From Bugula neritina (lineage: Eukaryota > Animalia > Bryozoa): a DNA stretch of 64,000 bases. Below, piece after piece: positions 25,122 through 39,206 of the stretch. Made by a program: the position numbers and the translations under genes. The DNA lies in assembly GCA_964035545.1 (NCBI GenBank), contig OZ037767.1, forward strand, positions 8,318,581 through 8,382,580, given 5' to 3'. Each line of letters starts with the position of its first letter. Position 1 is the first letter of the stretch. Under the pieces are notes generated by a model. That model saw only the letters and a program-made list of their open reading frames with translations. It made no database searches and was not told where the DNA came from.

Positions 25122-28100
25122 CCAGTTTAACCCCCCAAGGCAGAGGCCAAGGCCCAAACTCCACCGGGTGAGGAGGCCGCCTTCGCCAGAGTGGCAAGCC
25201 CCAAGGAGAGTGAGTAGGCCGCAAGGCCCACCAATACCTCCGGCTTGGGCACTCAAAAACCGCTTTGAAGGTTTGCTTGATGAGGGAGTGAACGGCGAGT
25301 GGGAGCACAACAGGGATTTTCCTCGGTTGCCCACACGAGCATCAGTCCGAGAATTCACTCGGCCGCCCGTGTGTGAGCGAGACCGAGACGTACCCTGCCC
25401 GCCCATGCAACGTCGACGACCCCCTCGCAACCGAAAAGCACAGGTGCATCCCCAACTCCATGCACATGAGGTGTCGCCTCAAGAGACAAATTGCTCAGTG
25501 AGCGCCCAGCCATATGGAAGCAGCTATTTCCTCCCCGGCAAACTTGCTGGCAAAGCTGTCACATTCCTGTTGGACACTGGGTGCACCACAAATCTACTGA
25601 GTCGACGTCTATTCGACACCCTCAGTGCCAGGGACAGGGCTAGCCTAGAACCATATGAAGGGGAGCATGGCACGTTGGCGGACGGGTCGTGTATTCCTTT
25701 CTATGGGGTAATCCAGTTGACTGGTAGAGTCCGTGATCAGACGATCAGTGAGACCTTCATCGTCAGTCAACTCAAGGAGGATGCCATCTTGGGCATGCCA
25801 TTTCTGAAACGACACAGGTGCTACATAGACTTTAGCAAGTCGGCAGTAGTGATGGCGGGGCGTGAGCTGGCCTGTGTCGACCGATTTGGCCGACCCTTGG
25901 TGAGGGGAGTGCAGGTGGTACAGCGCTGTACTGTACCTGGGCGCTCCCGGGCTACAGTTCGCTGCAGAGTGAACTGTAGGGAAATCTCCGAGCTCGGAGT
26001 GGTGGAAGGTGCACTGGGGGGCGTCCAGCTCGCTAACAGTCTGAATAGACTGGATGAGCGGGGGGAGTTCCTGGTCCAGTGCACAAACCCTTTCACGGAG
26101 CCGGTAGAATTACCGGCTGGGTCTCTAGTTGGGAAGTTCCACTCCGTGCAAGAGGAGGATGTAGGGCCCGCGCTGGAAACAGCGGACGACGCCCGGGGAG
26201 TACCCACTAGAGACGGCAGGGGGCCGGTGCCTGAACACGTAGCAGAGTTGTACGAGGATGCCTGTGATGGCTGTGAGAGCAAGCGAGAACGCCTGGTGAT
26301 GGGGCGGCTACTCTCTGAGTACAAGGACGTGTTTAGTTGCGGCGACCATGACATGGGTCTGACTAAGACTGTCTGTCATGAGATACACCTGGCGGCGGGG
26401 ACGCCGCCAATTCGGCAGCCGACCCGCCGGTTAGGTCCTGAGAAGGAGAGAGAAGTGAGTCGTCAGGTGCAAGACCTTCTGAACCGGGACCTGATCGAGC
26501 CAGGCCATGGGGCCTGGAGTTCTCCAGTCGTCCTGGTTCGGAAAAAGGATTGTAGCTGGAGGTTTTGCGTTGACTATCGCAGGCTGAACAGCGTGACCAT
26601 CCAGGACGCTTACCCTCTCCCGAGGATCGATGAGTCGCTCGATGCCTTAGCTGGTAGCAAGTTCTTCAGCACGTTGGACTTGTTAAGCGGGTTTTGGCAG
26701 GTGCCCCTGAGTCCTGAAGCACAGGACAAGGCCGCGTTTATAACGCGGGATGGGCTCTGGAAATGGAAGGTGTTGCTATTCAGACTTACGTCCGCACCAG
26801 CCACCTTCCAGCGACTTCTGGAGCAGGTCCTGAGTGGACTGCACTGGAAGATCTTGCTCATCTATCTCGATGATGTCATCGTCATCTCCCCCGACTTCGA
26901 CACACATGTCAGTCGACTCAGGGAGGTGTTCGACAGACTCCGAGCTGCGGACCTGAAGCTAAAGCCCTCGAAGTGTGCATTACTGCAACGCGAGGTTAAG
27001 TACCTGGGCCATGTAGTTGGTCGAGACGGGGTCGCCACCGACCCCGAGAAGGTACGGGCTGTGAGAGACTGGGCCGTCCCTGTTGACCTCTCTGAATTGC
27101 GGGCATTCCTGGGGCTGGTAGGGTACTATCGTCAGTACATACCAGACTTCGCCGGAATTGCACAACCGTTAAATCGGCTGACCGCAAAGGGGGTGCGATG
27201 GCAGTGGACGCAGGCTGAGCAGAAGGCATTTGACCACCTGAAGGATCGCCTGGTGGAAGCACCCATCTTGGCGTATCCTGACCCTGCGAAGGAGTACATT
27301 TTGGATACTGATGCCAGTAACCATAGTGTGGGGGCTGTACTATCGCAGGTCCAAGATGGTCGCGAGGTGGTGGTGGCTTACTATAGCAAGGCCCTGTCGG
27401 CGCCTGAGAAGAACTACTGTACAACCAGGAGGAAACTCCTGGCAGTAGTCAAGGCGGTCAAACACTTTAGACCATATCTATATGGGCGCACATTCCGGCT
27501 TCGGACGGATCATGCGTCCCTGATATGGCTGTGTCGACGGGCAGAACCATCAAGCCAAGTAGCGCGCTGGCTAGAGATCCTGGCAGAGTTTTCTTATCGG
27601 ATCGAGCATCGACCCGGTAAGAAACACGGTAATGCAGATGGGCTCAGCCGCCGCCAGGCAGATGGGTGTAAGCAGTGCCAGAATATTAAGCGCAGGGACG
27701 GTGGACCCCCTCGCTCGGACGTCGAAGCGCTGTTGGGAGTTGATCTGGGACACCCATAAGCAAGCTCATGCAGGAGCTAGCCGGGTGACTAGGTGTCTTC
27801 AACTCCAGTGGTTTTGGCCCGGTATGACCCGGGATGTCCGACTCCGGGTGCGGAAGTGCGAGGTGTGCCAAGCTAGCAAGCATGGCCGCCCCACTGAGAC
27901 CGCAGGGAGGCGTCGCCTCCATGCCGGTCGTTCGTGGCAGGTGGTTGCTGTCGATTTGGTAGGCTCCATGCCCACAACAGCGAGTGGTAATAACTGGATA
28001 CTGGTATTAACTGACCATTTCACGCGGTGGGCTGATGCACTGGCTATTCCAGATGCGTCGGCCCCCTCGGTGGCCAGAGCATTGGATCAGCAGGTGTTCT

Positions 28101-29279
28101 GCTATTTCGGCTTGCCGGAGCAGATACACTCTGACCAAGGCGCCCAGTTTCAGTCGCAACTCATGAGCGATCTCTGTAAAGTGTGGGGGGTAAACTAGAG
28201 TCGGACGACCCCGTATCACCCGCAAGGAATGGGGTTGTGGAGCGGAACAACCAAATGCTAGGGGACTCTCTGAGAAGCCTGCTTATCGGTAATAGCCAGG
28301 AAGAGTGGGACTTGGTGTTGCCGCAGATCATGCGAGCGTACCGTAGTACCCCTCACTCCAGTACACTGGAGACCCCTAATTTTCTCATGCTGGGGAGAGA
28401 AACAAGGGTTCCTGAGCACATAACCTATCATGTTCCGACTCTCGAGAGCAATGTCCACGACTACGTGGACAAGCTCGTAAAACGCATGGAGACGGCTCAC
28501 GAGGTGCTACGTGAGCAGCAGTGGCAGGTCAGAAGTGGTGACTCTGATGACCCACTTTTATACAAGGTGGGGGACTGGGTCTGGATGACCAGTCATCGCC
28601 GCAGGCGCGGACAGGCAGCCAAGTTGCAGCCGAAGTTCGTAAGTCCCTACTGCGTAATTGAGGTGATGCCAAATCACACCTATAAAGTGGAACGGTCTGG
28701 ACAAGTGTCGATCCAGAACGAGGCACGGCTGAAACCTCACTGGGCAAGTCCTGATGCGGCAGGTCAAGCACCTTCTCTCTTAGAGCCAGCTAGGCGCCCT
28801 CCTATGAGGGGGCGACCCATGGCGTACCGAGAGATCGAGGAGATACTGCCAGACCAGGACGAGGCGGCTGATGCGTCAGCCGACCAGCCCCAACCTCCTC
28901 CACCCCAGGAAGAGGAGTCTGACACACCTGAAGACCTGTCAGAGCCGGCCCTACCACCTGTGGAGCCGGTCGACAGGCCCATCGTCCCGGGTGAGATGGA
29001 AATTCCTCAAAATCATGAGGAAGAGGCAGCTAGGGGAGGACCACCCGTACTGGTAGACCCCCCGTACTGGCGACACCACCAGTGGTGGAAGAGTCACCAG
29101 TCGTAGCAAATTCCCCAGTGCAGTTGGAGCGTAGGCAACGCACTAGGGCGCCTCCATCTTATTTAAAAGATTTCTTGTGTGATGCAGTGGAAAAACATCC
29201 ATCAGCTATCATAAAAGAAATCTGGGGGGACGAGCAATTGAGAGTTGCATTTCCAAGATATAAGGAGACGCAATTGTGA
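25081..29279 (+). pseudogene. pol: pol of element 1 (PR, RT, RNase H, IN), disrupted
   Basis: LLDTG, YLDD, DTDAS, IHSDQG motifs; about 360 bp deleted near 27735 relative to element 2; stop at 28196 and frameshifts in IN. Confidence 0.93.
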
Positions 29280-30549
29280 GTTGCCTACCCCAGTAGTGTA
29301 ATACAAAACACTACCGGGGGTAAGAAAAGAGTGAAGTCAGCTCGCTAGTGAAAGGGGTATTATACAATCACTTTCACTGCGAAAAGCGTTCTTTTCTGAT
29401 TCAACTGCCAACGTGCACGCACGTACTTGGCAGGCTGGCGCACTACGTAGCCTAAGTGGGCAGCACACTAAAGTCAGGGCTGTCTTATGGTAAGTCTACT
29501 AGTATAATTCTATTATTTAAGTAGAATTCAAGCTGGTAGCCTAAATCAGTCTCGCTTTATCATAACGATAAAGTTGGTTTCCCAAGTCAGGTGATTCACT
29601 GACGACTTGAGTGGGGCGGTCGACAACATGATTTAATTACTAATCAGTGGTTAGTGATTGCGAGACTTAGTCGAGGTGTCGTACTGACAGGTGCAAACCC
29701 CTTCAACAGTTGCTGGCATTTTGTTGCAGGTGAGACTTTAATGGCGGGGCCAAATTCCTTCTCCTGGCGTAGCACAGTCACATCACTCATCTCATTTGTC
29801 GACTAGATGCTGGCTGCTTGACTAGACTCTTGTAGCGACATGACAGCAGTGCTGATGATCGTCATAACAGAAGTGCCAGAGACAACTGACACAGTAGTTC
29901 TTCCCTCTCCTCTCCTGGCGACCACGTTCCGGTATAGACAGAGTAGCTCCTCTCTTTTCTCTCCTGTGGCTACATCCTAATAATAAAACCGTATAAAATA
30001 ACAATAAGAAGAAGAAGTAATATTAAAGATTCCTGCATGAAGTAAAAAGTAAATATAGAAGTCAAGATAAAGAAGCCTTTCCTTTCCTCCTTTTTGGGAA
30101 TTCGACGGCGACGAGGTAGACGTTGGTATTAAAGAGACCAGTCAACCCCCTCCATCTCCCCCCCCCTTTTGGGGAGATTCCTTCGTACTCTCCAACCCCC
30201 TTTCCTTCTCTCCCCCTTTGGAGAGATTCCTTTGCCACGCTTGATTCTTCTGGGGACTCCTCGACCCCCATCGCTTGGCTTCGACTAGATGAGTGTGAAG
30301 CAGTACCTCCCCTTCTCACTAAGTTCATGCTACCCTACATTATTTGGTGAGAGGCTCTCTACCCTGTGACTGACCCGGATCGATCGTGTTACAATATGGA
30401 CATCATTTTGAATACATATTTTGTGTTCTCTCATTCCTGTGTTGTTTTGATCTTTTATTTTATTTTATTTTTATTTCCTTTTGTTTTTCAAAATTATGTT
30501 GTCATGCAAGCATCAATCGTAGAGTGTACTTTTCGATAGGTGTGGCGAG

Positions 30550-30958
30550 TGTGATGGATTTTAGTAGTGCAATTATTATTGTATTAATCGAAAAGGTTCA
30601 CTCTATATGGTTTATTATATTGTGAGTTCGACCATGTCGGATTGTAACTATGGACAGCAGTGGCACCACTAGTAACCATCAATCAGGACAGTCACACTAA
30701 TTGATAGCAGGTGAAGCTAGCTACTCGTAGTTGCAGTGCGCTGAGTAGCTAGCCGGCAGAGCAGCTTGGGACTTCATTTAGAGTAGTTGTGTATTAAAGC
30801 TCACTAATTATGTAATCGTTTTCTATTCATGTTAGCAGTAAATCACCTTCTTGTATTTGTGTAAATAATAAAGTTATCTTAGCGTAAACAACCTGGTGTA
30901 GTGGCTTTGTTTAAGTCGACCCACATATAATAATAGTGAACTGGCAAAATTCACTACA
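30550..30958 (+). repeat. 3' LTR of element 1
   Basis: TG...CA; followed by TSD CAGG. Confidence 0.95.
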
Positions 30959-33900
30959 CAGGATCTATTTTTTTGCACATTTGACAGGATTTCACAATCT
31001 CTGATACAATGCTTCTATCCACTGGTATCGCCATCCGATTTGCAACATGCATCGTTTGATCTATTCCCAAGTGACGCCTGTTGTGAAGCTCAATAACACT
31101 TTTACAATGCTTTGTCATACCTAGCGCATTAATTTTAGAATCAGGCTAATTCTTTTAAACTATCTGTAGCCACATTTTTGGAACACGAGTTAGAATATCA
31201 GACAGGTTCTTTTCTAATGGAACCAGCTTGATAGACAGCATAAGTCCATATTTGTCAATCAATTGACTAACAATCTCCAGTCTTTTTTCAACAACCATCT
31301 CGCTCAACCCACTGACCTTGGGTCTTTTTGTGTTCTCTACAATAAAACAAAGCTAACTACAAATCGTTGCAGAGTCTGTGATCAACACTAACTTTTTGAT
31401 TTTTTACCTCAGGGCAAAACTTAGTCCTCCCAGCTCTGCTATGTTGATATGACCAGCATCCTTTTTAAGCCATGCACAATCTCCCACCACATGATCATCT
31501 ATTTGCAAACAACATCCCATTGACAAGCTACTTGTATCACACCACATTATGCCAGGCTTGTTTTATCAACTTCTCAAACGCTTTTCACTAGGTCTTCTTT
31601 AGCGACTATTTTCATTATTTCTTTAATGATGTTTTCCGAATAGCCCGGAATGCGTTCTTCTCATGCAACATCCTTGGCGATTTTTTTGACAAAATTACAT
31701 GATGTTCTCAACCACCAAGCCACTGGGTAATGTTCAATCAACTTGCCGCAGAGTGAGAACAGTTCTCTTTTGGTCATGTTTTCCTGCAACATAAAAAGTT
31801 TGCCATCTCTACACCATGTAAAGTTCCCATTGCCTACCTCTCTCCCTCTCAATCCTAACACTCGAGCATCATTAAGGAGTTCTGGCTCCTTAGTCACTAA
31901 CCCATATCTAAGCAGCAGCTGTCTCATTTTATCTACTCCTACTAAACTTTTGTTGACCCAGATATCGTCTATGTAATGGTCATTTCTTTGCTTGACCTCA
32001 TTATCTTGTGCTAGTACTGTGCTAAATATCATTGACATAATTTTTGGAGCAACGCTTAATCCAAAACCCATTCATGTCATCACATACAAGTTACCCTTAT
32101 ATTTTTCAGTTTGAAATTTCTGCAAACTCCTACTCATGTGAATTTGCAGATATGCTTTTTTAAGCCCAACAGACAGTCTTCAGTCCTTTGCTTTCTCCAC
32201 TCACGCACCTTTTTTTGGCAAATTGCAGTGTCTTGTCAAGGTATACTCTCAACATGGCTATTGAGCTCCCGATAGTCCATAACAGGTCGGACCTTTTTGG
32301 GTTTTGTTTGGCTGACTTGCAATCATCAATGAAATCACATCATCAACTTTACCATGTTTTAGAACATCATACGGCTCTAACCACCCATTTGCTATCCACT
32401 GATTTAATTTTGTTTCATACTCTCTTATATGCTCTGGTGGCACTGCATACTGTGCACACTGATTGCTTAGCTGTGGCTCTCCTGTCTGCTACTTTCACTC
32501 AACAGACCACTTCTGCCCAGCAAAGACAGCTATAAAATTCTTATTTTTAAAGCTGTTGGTAATAAAGATGCAGCTAATGCACACATCTGAGAGTGCCAAG
32601 AAACTTTACCATCTTTGTCAAATGTAACTCCTCCCAACCTCTTAATAATGTCAAACCCTAAAACTACATCTGCATCACACACCAGACTTGGTGCAGCTAA
32701 ACAGCAGTTTCTTACTACTACCCTATCAACCACTAACTCTGCTACTACCTCACCACCACATCCCTCACCATTGAGCATTGTCACTATATGTTGAGGCCTA
32801 CGCAGCCACGTTCCGATTTCTTTGCACAACTTTTCACTGATCACTGTTTGTTGACAGCTTGAATCTAGTTATGTTTTATGCAGCAACTACATCCTGATTT
32901 ATTTGTGTATCTATATATGAAGGGCAGCACCTCATTAGCTACTGCAGCCTTGGAAAAACACCCGGTGCTAATGGTTCCCCTTGCCTGTTTCCCTGCTTTT
33001 CTGGGCAGTTTCTTGCTGTATGTGATGTTTTATCACAAATAAAACATTTCCTGACATGTCTCAGTTGATCATTTTTATAGGTTGACTTTGGACATTCACG
33101 AGCCATATGTGAAGTTGCGCCACAGCTGAAGCAAGTTCCCTTTGGCTTTTGATAGCCAGCTGCACATGTCATCTTACTTTCTCTTGTACTCAGCATTATT
33201 CTTGCTCTAGCTACTAGTTTGGGCAAACTCAATTTCTCTACAGAAGCCATGGACTTCAATTGCAAGGACACGTCACCTGGCAACCCTGCCATGAAAGCGC
33301 ATTTTGAAATTGGCTCTGCATCCTTTTGTCCATTATGTCCCAATGAACTATTTTTATGTCTGTCAATTAGACATCAACCGGCACTTCATCGTGAAGCACT
33401 CGCTTCTGTAGCTCATCGTATGCAGTATGGCAGTTTATTCCAAAAGCTGTTAGTAATGCAGCTTTGAGTTTTCCATAACCTCCCTCGTCACTTTCCGGTA
33501 GCTGCTTATATACTGCAAAGGCTGAGCCAGCCAGAAACAAAGGTAATACTATTATTATAGATCAGTTATTTTTTGCAGCTTTGCCACAAGCTCTAATTTC
33601 TCAAGCCACTCACTAAATTCTCCGATGTCGCTATCCTCATATTTGTTTTTATTATGTTCGAGAGCTTGACTGATGCCATTGTAAAGTTTTAATACGCCAA
33701 AATAGCTTGTTGTTATGTTGCATACTGTATAGTACTGCAATAAATTACTACCAACTTTCTTGCTTTTACTGTACTTTATTCTATCAAATCTCAAAGCGAA
33801 CTGACTCACTTGATAAACAAACAGTATATCACAACAGTTACATAGCACTTTAAAAATCACAACATAATTACTTTGACAGCATAATTGTATTGCTATAACA

Positions 33901-34007
33901 TTTCATCATATAAGGCAACTAGAAGGTATATGTCATGGGATAATATAAACATAGCTTTAGTAAACAGATACAAACATTACAATAATCATGTTCTTTTGTA
34001 ATAATAC

Positions 34008-37000
34008 TTTAATAGTATTATATTTAAAGTCCACTAAAGTATCTTTACTCAGAAAGCACAATTGATCACTACAAACACATTTCCAAGACTGACCATATGT
34101 ACAAACCACAAAGATAAAGGGATTTAGGAAACAAAGGAAAACAACTATAATAATATTTACAAAACAGATTACATAACTGCATGATACAATGTCATGAACA
34201 TTACATTTCTCCCTAATCTTATCAGGTCAAACAAACATACAATGAAACAAAAAAGAAAAACATCTACTTATTTACATAAAAGTCTGCCAACCACATAGTT
34301 GGTTATCTATCTCTTACTGGTTGGTCAATCACTTTGTCTGCATGTTCACCTTCTTCAACATTTTCACCATCCACAACTTTATTTGCATCTACATGCTCAT
34401 CAGCATTATCTGACCTCGGGTTAATTTCAATGTCTCCATGTATCTGAGATTGCTGTTTTGTACTAGACAAAATGTCACCACTTTCTCTGTTCACTGCATT
34501 AGCCAATCGAAAATCACTTATGTGTTGTGTCATACCATTTACCGTGACCGCAGTGTTCAACACAACCCTAGTAATCGTGCCCTATAGCCATGCAATTGTG
34601 CACTTAGAATTCACAGGTTTTACATAAACTTTGTCTCTTACATTGTAGGGGTTTTTCGTAATGTCTGTGGGCTTTTCTATTGTTTATGATGACACTTTAG
34701 GCAGCTTTACATTATAGCTGTATAAACTTTGTAAGGGTACTACATTGTTACTATTTGGAACGTTATTGTACCAAAATACCATATTTTCTATTGAGAATCT
34801 AGTTCGAACTGCCATTTTTTTATAGTCGTGTGATTGCGCTCTGTAATACCGTTCCTCGATGCTCTCTAAGCACAGCTAAATATGTGCTGTACATCCCACC
34901 GCTTAAGTAACTGTTCCAATCTGTCACTTCTGAAGCATGGTCCGTTGTCTGACAGTAACTCTGTTGGTGGACCACAGTCGATAATAGTCAGGTATGGTAC
35001 AGGATTATAGTGACTCACGTTCATTGCCAGCCTATACCAATTCTCATTGACCTCCAGAACTCCTCTTTCCCACTGCGCTGAAGCAGGATCAATATTCCTA
35101 CACACAGTACATTCTTTAACTACTTTCCCAACTAACTCTTTGTCTATGCCTCCTCCAAATTTACATTTAGCTGAATCAATTTTTTTTTCAATGCCCAAAT
35201 GATGCATTCTATGCAGCTTGGTTATTTTATCCTTCAGATCAGTTACATCAGGAGTTGTCACACCTACACTTGCACAGGTTATTTGCTTACTAAGCCATGC
35301 TGAACTTACCCGTATCAGAGCATCTGCCCAATTCTCAGCTGATTTCACTAAATGTATTTTTAATGACAGCTTGTACTCTTCTATCAGTTTTTCTATAACA
35401 CCTAACCTACGTTTCACAATCATCTCATTCATGCTATTAACTTTTGGTCTGACACTATCATCGATTACAGATGTGACCCACCTGAATACTGACATTGAAT
35501 CGGTTTTCACTACAATGTTGCATAGATTCTATTTTAAAGCTAAATTTAGGCCTTTTACCACAGCTTCTAACTCTGCTACATTAAGGTGGGTGCAGTCATT
35601 GGGTTTTCTCATCCACGAAGCATCCTCTACTATCTGGCCATCTATTTGCACAGACACCCCTATAGCCAAACTGCTTGCATCACACCATACAGTGCCTGTA
35701 TCAGTATTAGCCACATTCCTTTTACAGGATCAGATTTTGCAACTCTATCTAATGTCTCTAACAACATCTTTTGGGAATTGTCAATTTGGGAAAAGTCTTT
35801 TTCGAAATAGGTGTTTTTGAATTGACATTTGTGAAATGTCGTGTCACCGTCAGACACAGCACTATCTCACATATCTAATTTCATGAACCTTTTCATAAAA
35901 CTGCATGCTACCCTAAGCCACCCTGCTGCAGGAAAATGTCCAGTCAGTTTACCACACACTGAAAACAGCTCTCGCTTGCTTATGTTGCTATTTGACTCAA
36001 GAGATGGGAGCTCACCATCGTGCTGCCAGCTATAACATGACATGCCACCTCTCCACCCCTCTTTAACCCTTAGCCCTAAAACCCTAGCATTACTCAGTTT
36101 TTCTGGTTCTTTAGTTACCAAATCAAACTTCAACAAATGATTTCGAACTACTTCTACTGAAACAACAGCATCATCAACTATATTGTCATCTATATAACTA
36201 TCAGTACCTTTGTGTATAGTGTCATTTTGAGCCAGCACTGTAGATAAAACGTTTGACATGATTTTAGGCGCCACATTTAAAATAAAACCTAACCTAGTCA
36301 TTACATAGATCTTACCTTCATACCGTACAGCTTGGAACTTTTGCAAATCACTATTCACATGAAGTTGTAAGTAAGCTTTTCTTAAATCCAGCAAACTGGC
36401 ATTGTCACCAAGTAACCTCCATTTCCTCAATTTATCCTGGCAAATAGCAGTGTCACCACTGGGCTTACTGTAGATGTATTTGTTGAGCTCTCTACTATAA
36501 TCCATATCAGGTCGCACCTGGGCTGGTTTATTTAGCTGGGCAGCAGCCATCAATGGTACTATTCCAGTGACTGTACCATGCAATTTATTGCCATACAATT
36601 GTAACCATCTATCGCTAATCCATTGCTGAATCTGCTCATGGTAACTTTGTTTGAATTTGTCTTTTACAGCTTACTGACCACATTGGTTCTGTAATGTCGG
36701 CTCACCATTCTCCCATTTTCACCTCACTGACTATTTTTTACCATCAAATTTAGCATTAAAGTCAGTGTCACCAACAAAAAGTTCACTTTTACTATTACTA
36801 GTTAATGTCCTATCGAATTTATCTACCCCTACACCTACACTAACAACACTGACTTTACCAACTTCTGTTGTTGGTTCAACTGCAGGAAACATCACATGCT
36901 TATTCCTAATAATTGTCACACCACCTAATTTGCAAATAGCATTCATTCCGAAAATTAAAGAGTAACCACCTACTAACATTGAAGTTATTAAATGCTTTAC

Positions 37001-37611
37001 AGAGAGATGACAATTTCTAACCTGCACTGCTAATTGAGCTTCACCCCTACATTTACTTATTTGTCTATTTAGCATTAAAACCCTCCGTTCAGGACCACAC
37101 ACCTACTTGATTACAAAATCTTTCTAAAACTACCGATTGTTCACAACCACTATCTACTAGTGCTTTTATACTCACGCCGCTTACATTTAAAAGTATTAGT
37201 GGTAGCACCCAATTGTAATTTAGTTGTCGGGGTGAGCATCCAATGTCGACACTGCCTCAGTGCCGTTTAACCCTGTGGGCAATTCCTACTAATATGCCCC
37301 CCTCCCAAGCCTGACAAGTATAGCACTGAATGCTCCATCTCCTGTACTGCTGTTGATTAGCATTCGTGTGAATATGAATTGAATAATGCTTGCAATAACT
37401 ATTTTACACATTGTAATAGTATTATATTTAAACTCCAATGAAATATCATTACTCAGAAAGCACAACTGATCACTACAAATCCATTTCGAATACTGACCAT
37501 ATGTATACAAACCGCAAAGATAAAGAGATTTAGAAAACAAAGGAAAACAACTATAATCATATTTACAAAGCAGGTTACATAACTGCATGATACAATGTCA
37601 TGCACATTACA
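34008..37611 (-). mobile_element. Old LTR retrotransposon of the divergent lineage; gag largely deleted
   Basis: About 200-bp direct repeats 34008-34205 and 37412-37611; 5-bp TSD AATAC; purine tract 34206-34214; LDLRKAYLQ, YIDD, WCDASS, HLNVAELEAV, LLSDNGPCF motifs. Confidence 0.85.
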
Positions 37612-37701
37612 AATACGTGCTTTATTCTTTTTTTTCACTTATACAGATGCTTCCCTGCATTTTTGGGTGTATCATAAAGTTAGCCTTTTGCTGGAGAGGG
37701 G

Positions 37702-38468
37702 TGTAATGACTCTGGGAAGTATACCCCCAGTACCGCCTACCTAATACTTGCAATATATTGTAAGGATTTTGTGTACAGAGTTATCTTATTATTGAAAGGA
37801 CAACTTTCTTGCTACTTCTCTATTATCGTAATGCGTAGCGTCCATTATCTACTCGGTCTGCTAGTAGCTGCCTACTACGCGACTAACATACGCTATGGAC
37901 AATAGGAGGAACTTAGTGACTAGAGCTGACAGCTACCACGCTTGGGTAGCTGGCAGTCAGACCGTGGATTAGTTATTGTTAGGATGTGTACGATCTGTCT
38001 GAATTATGTAGCGCGTTTTTGTAGTTGATGTATAGCTTTACTCTTGTATCTCGGCACTAAATAAACGCATATAATCTACTTTAACTTGGTGGTGTTGCAT
38101 TACTTCAAATACCCAAATAATTAGTGAATGCACAGTTTCGCAACAATATTATGAAGTATAAATTTCTCAAGGACGACAACACCATTAGCGTTGCCGCAGT
38201 CTTGTGCGGCACGGCCTCCCTCCCTAGGACAACACCGCAGGGACCTTATATTAACCAATCAAGATCAACCCCTTGGATATAAACAACGCCTTCTAGCGCC
38301 CAGGAGCAGTCTGACGGGAGCTACTTACTAGAAAGGCTAACTTTGTGTAGTCATTCTTATATTGTATTCTTATTGTTCATTTTCTATGACTGATTATATG
38401 TAAATAGAGTCTCAATACAGTTCTCTCATTAAACAATCAACTAGTTTGGTTCTTCACATAACCTCACA
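37702..38468 (+). repeat. Probable 3' LTR with PPT, interrupted by solo LTR 37759-38145
   Basis: CTTTTGCTGGAGAGGGG before TGTAATG resembles the PPT region of element 2; first 40 bp match the reverse complement of 63777-63820; right end tentative. Confidence 0.55.
37759..38145 (+). mobile_element. Solo LTR (387 bp)
   Basis: TGT...ACA termini, TSD ATAT, AATAAA near 38060. Confidence 0.85.
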
Positions 38469-39206
38469 GTGGGTATGCAGTAAAACAATGAATAATAAAG
38501 TACAACAATATGAAACAAGAGTGATCAAAGAATTTTAGCTGACAATAATTATTATTCTTAAGATTTGAATGCTTTAAAGTTGTATGTTTTCTGGGTTTAT
38601 AAGATGTATGTATAATCCATGAAACATGTAGTTAGACAGCCTCTTCCCCATGCACTCTTACACTACTTACATTTTATTGCAATTGACAAAATTATGAAAA
38701 AGCATCTGAAATATTAAAAATTACGTTGTAAATCAAATTTTATAAAATAAAAAGTTAATCAAAATAGGCTACATCCTAAATTAAATTTTCTGAAAGTTGA
38801 TTATCTTAAACAATTATCACACCGAACTTTTCACAGTTTATTAGTATATTTATCAATATTTGTCAACTTTATTTACATGTGCACTAGGTAAAAAACTAAA
38901 TAGAAAAAGAAAATGTTTTATCAAAATTTGTGAATTCATCAAACAAGTACTGAGCCTCATTGTAAAAATAAACCAAAATATACATAAGATAAGATGGCTT
39001 AACATAACATAGAACTGCTAAAGAATCATTTTACTTTTAATCAAAAATATTACATACAGCAAAAATGCATAAATTACTTTAGAATCATGTCACTGCTTCA
39101 ATTTTGTTTTTAAATATTGCTCAAGTTTTATTGATAAGTGAGTGGCACAGTTGTTAAAGTTTGCAAGGAATTAGGTAGTGGAGAATGTTAATATCTAACA
39201 ACCTAA

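Larger units (their letters stand above)
23765..30958 (+). mobile_element. Ty3/gypsy LTR retrotransposon (element 1), defective
   Basis: 409-bp LTRs with about 6 differences; TSD CAGG; PBS; gag and pol in PR-RT-RH-IN order, with stops and an internal deletion. Confidence 0.96.
23510..33700 (-). pseudogene. Decayed divergent LTR-type retrotransposon (gag with 2 CCHC, PR, RT, RH, IN), split by the 23765-30958 insertion
   Basis: CFSCGATSHMAREC and CFICDKTSHTARNC knuckles; MGFGLSVAPKIM...YIDD; IDP/APTAWK joins across the CAGG TSD; WQRVAVDI at 23510-23728. Confidence 0.8.
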
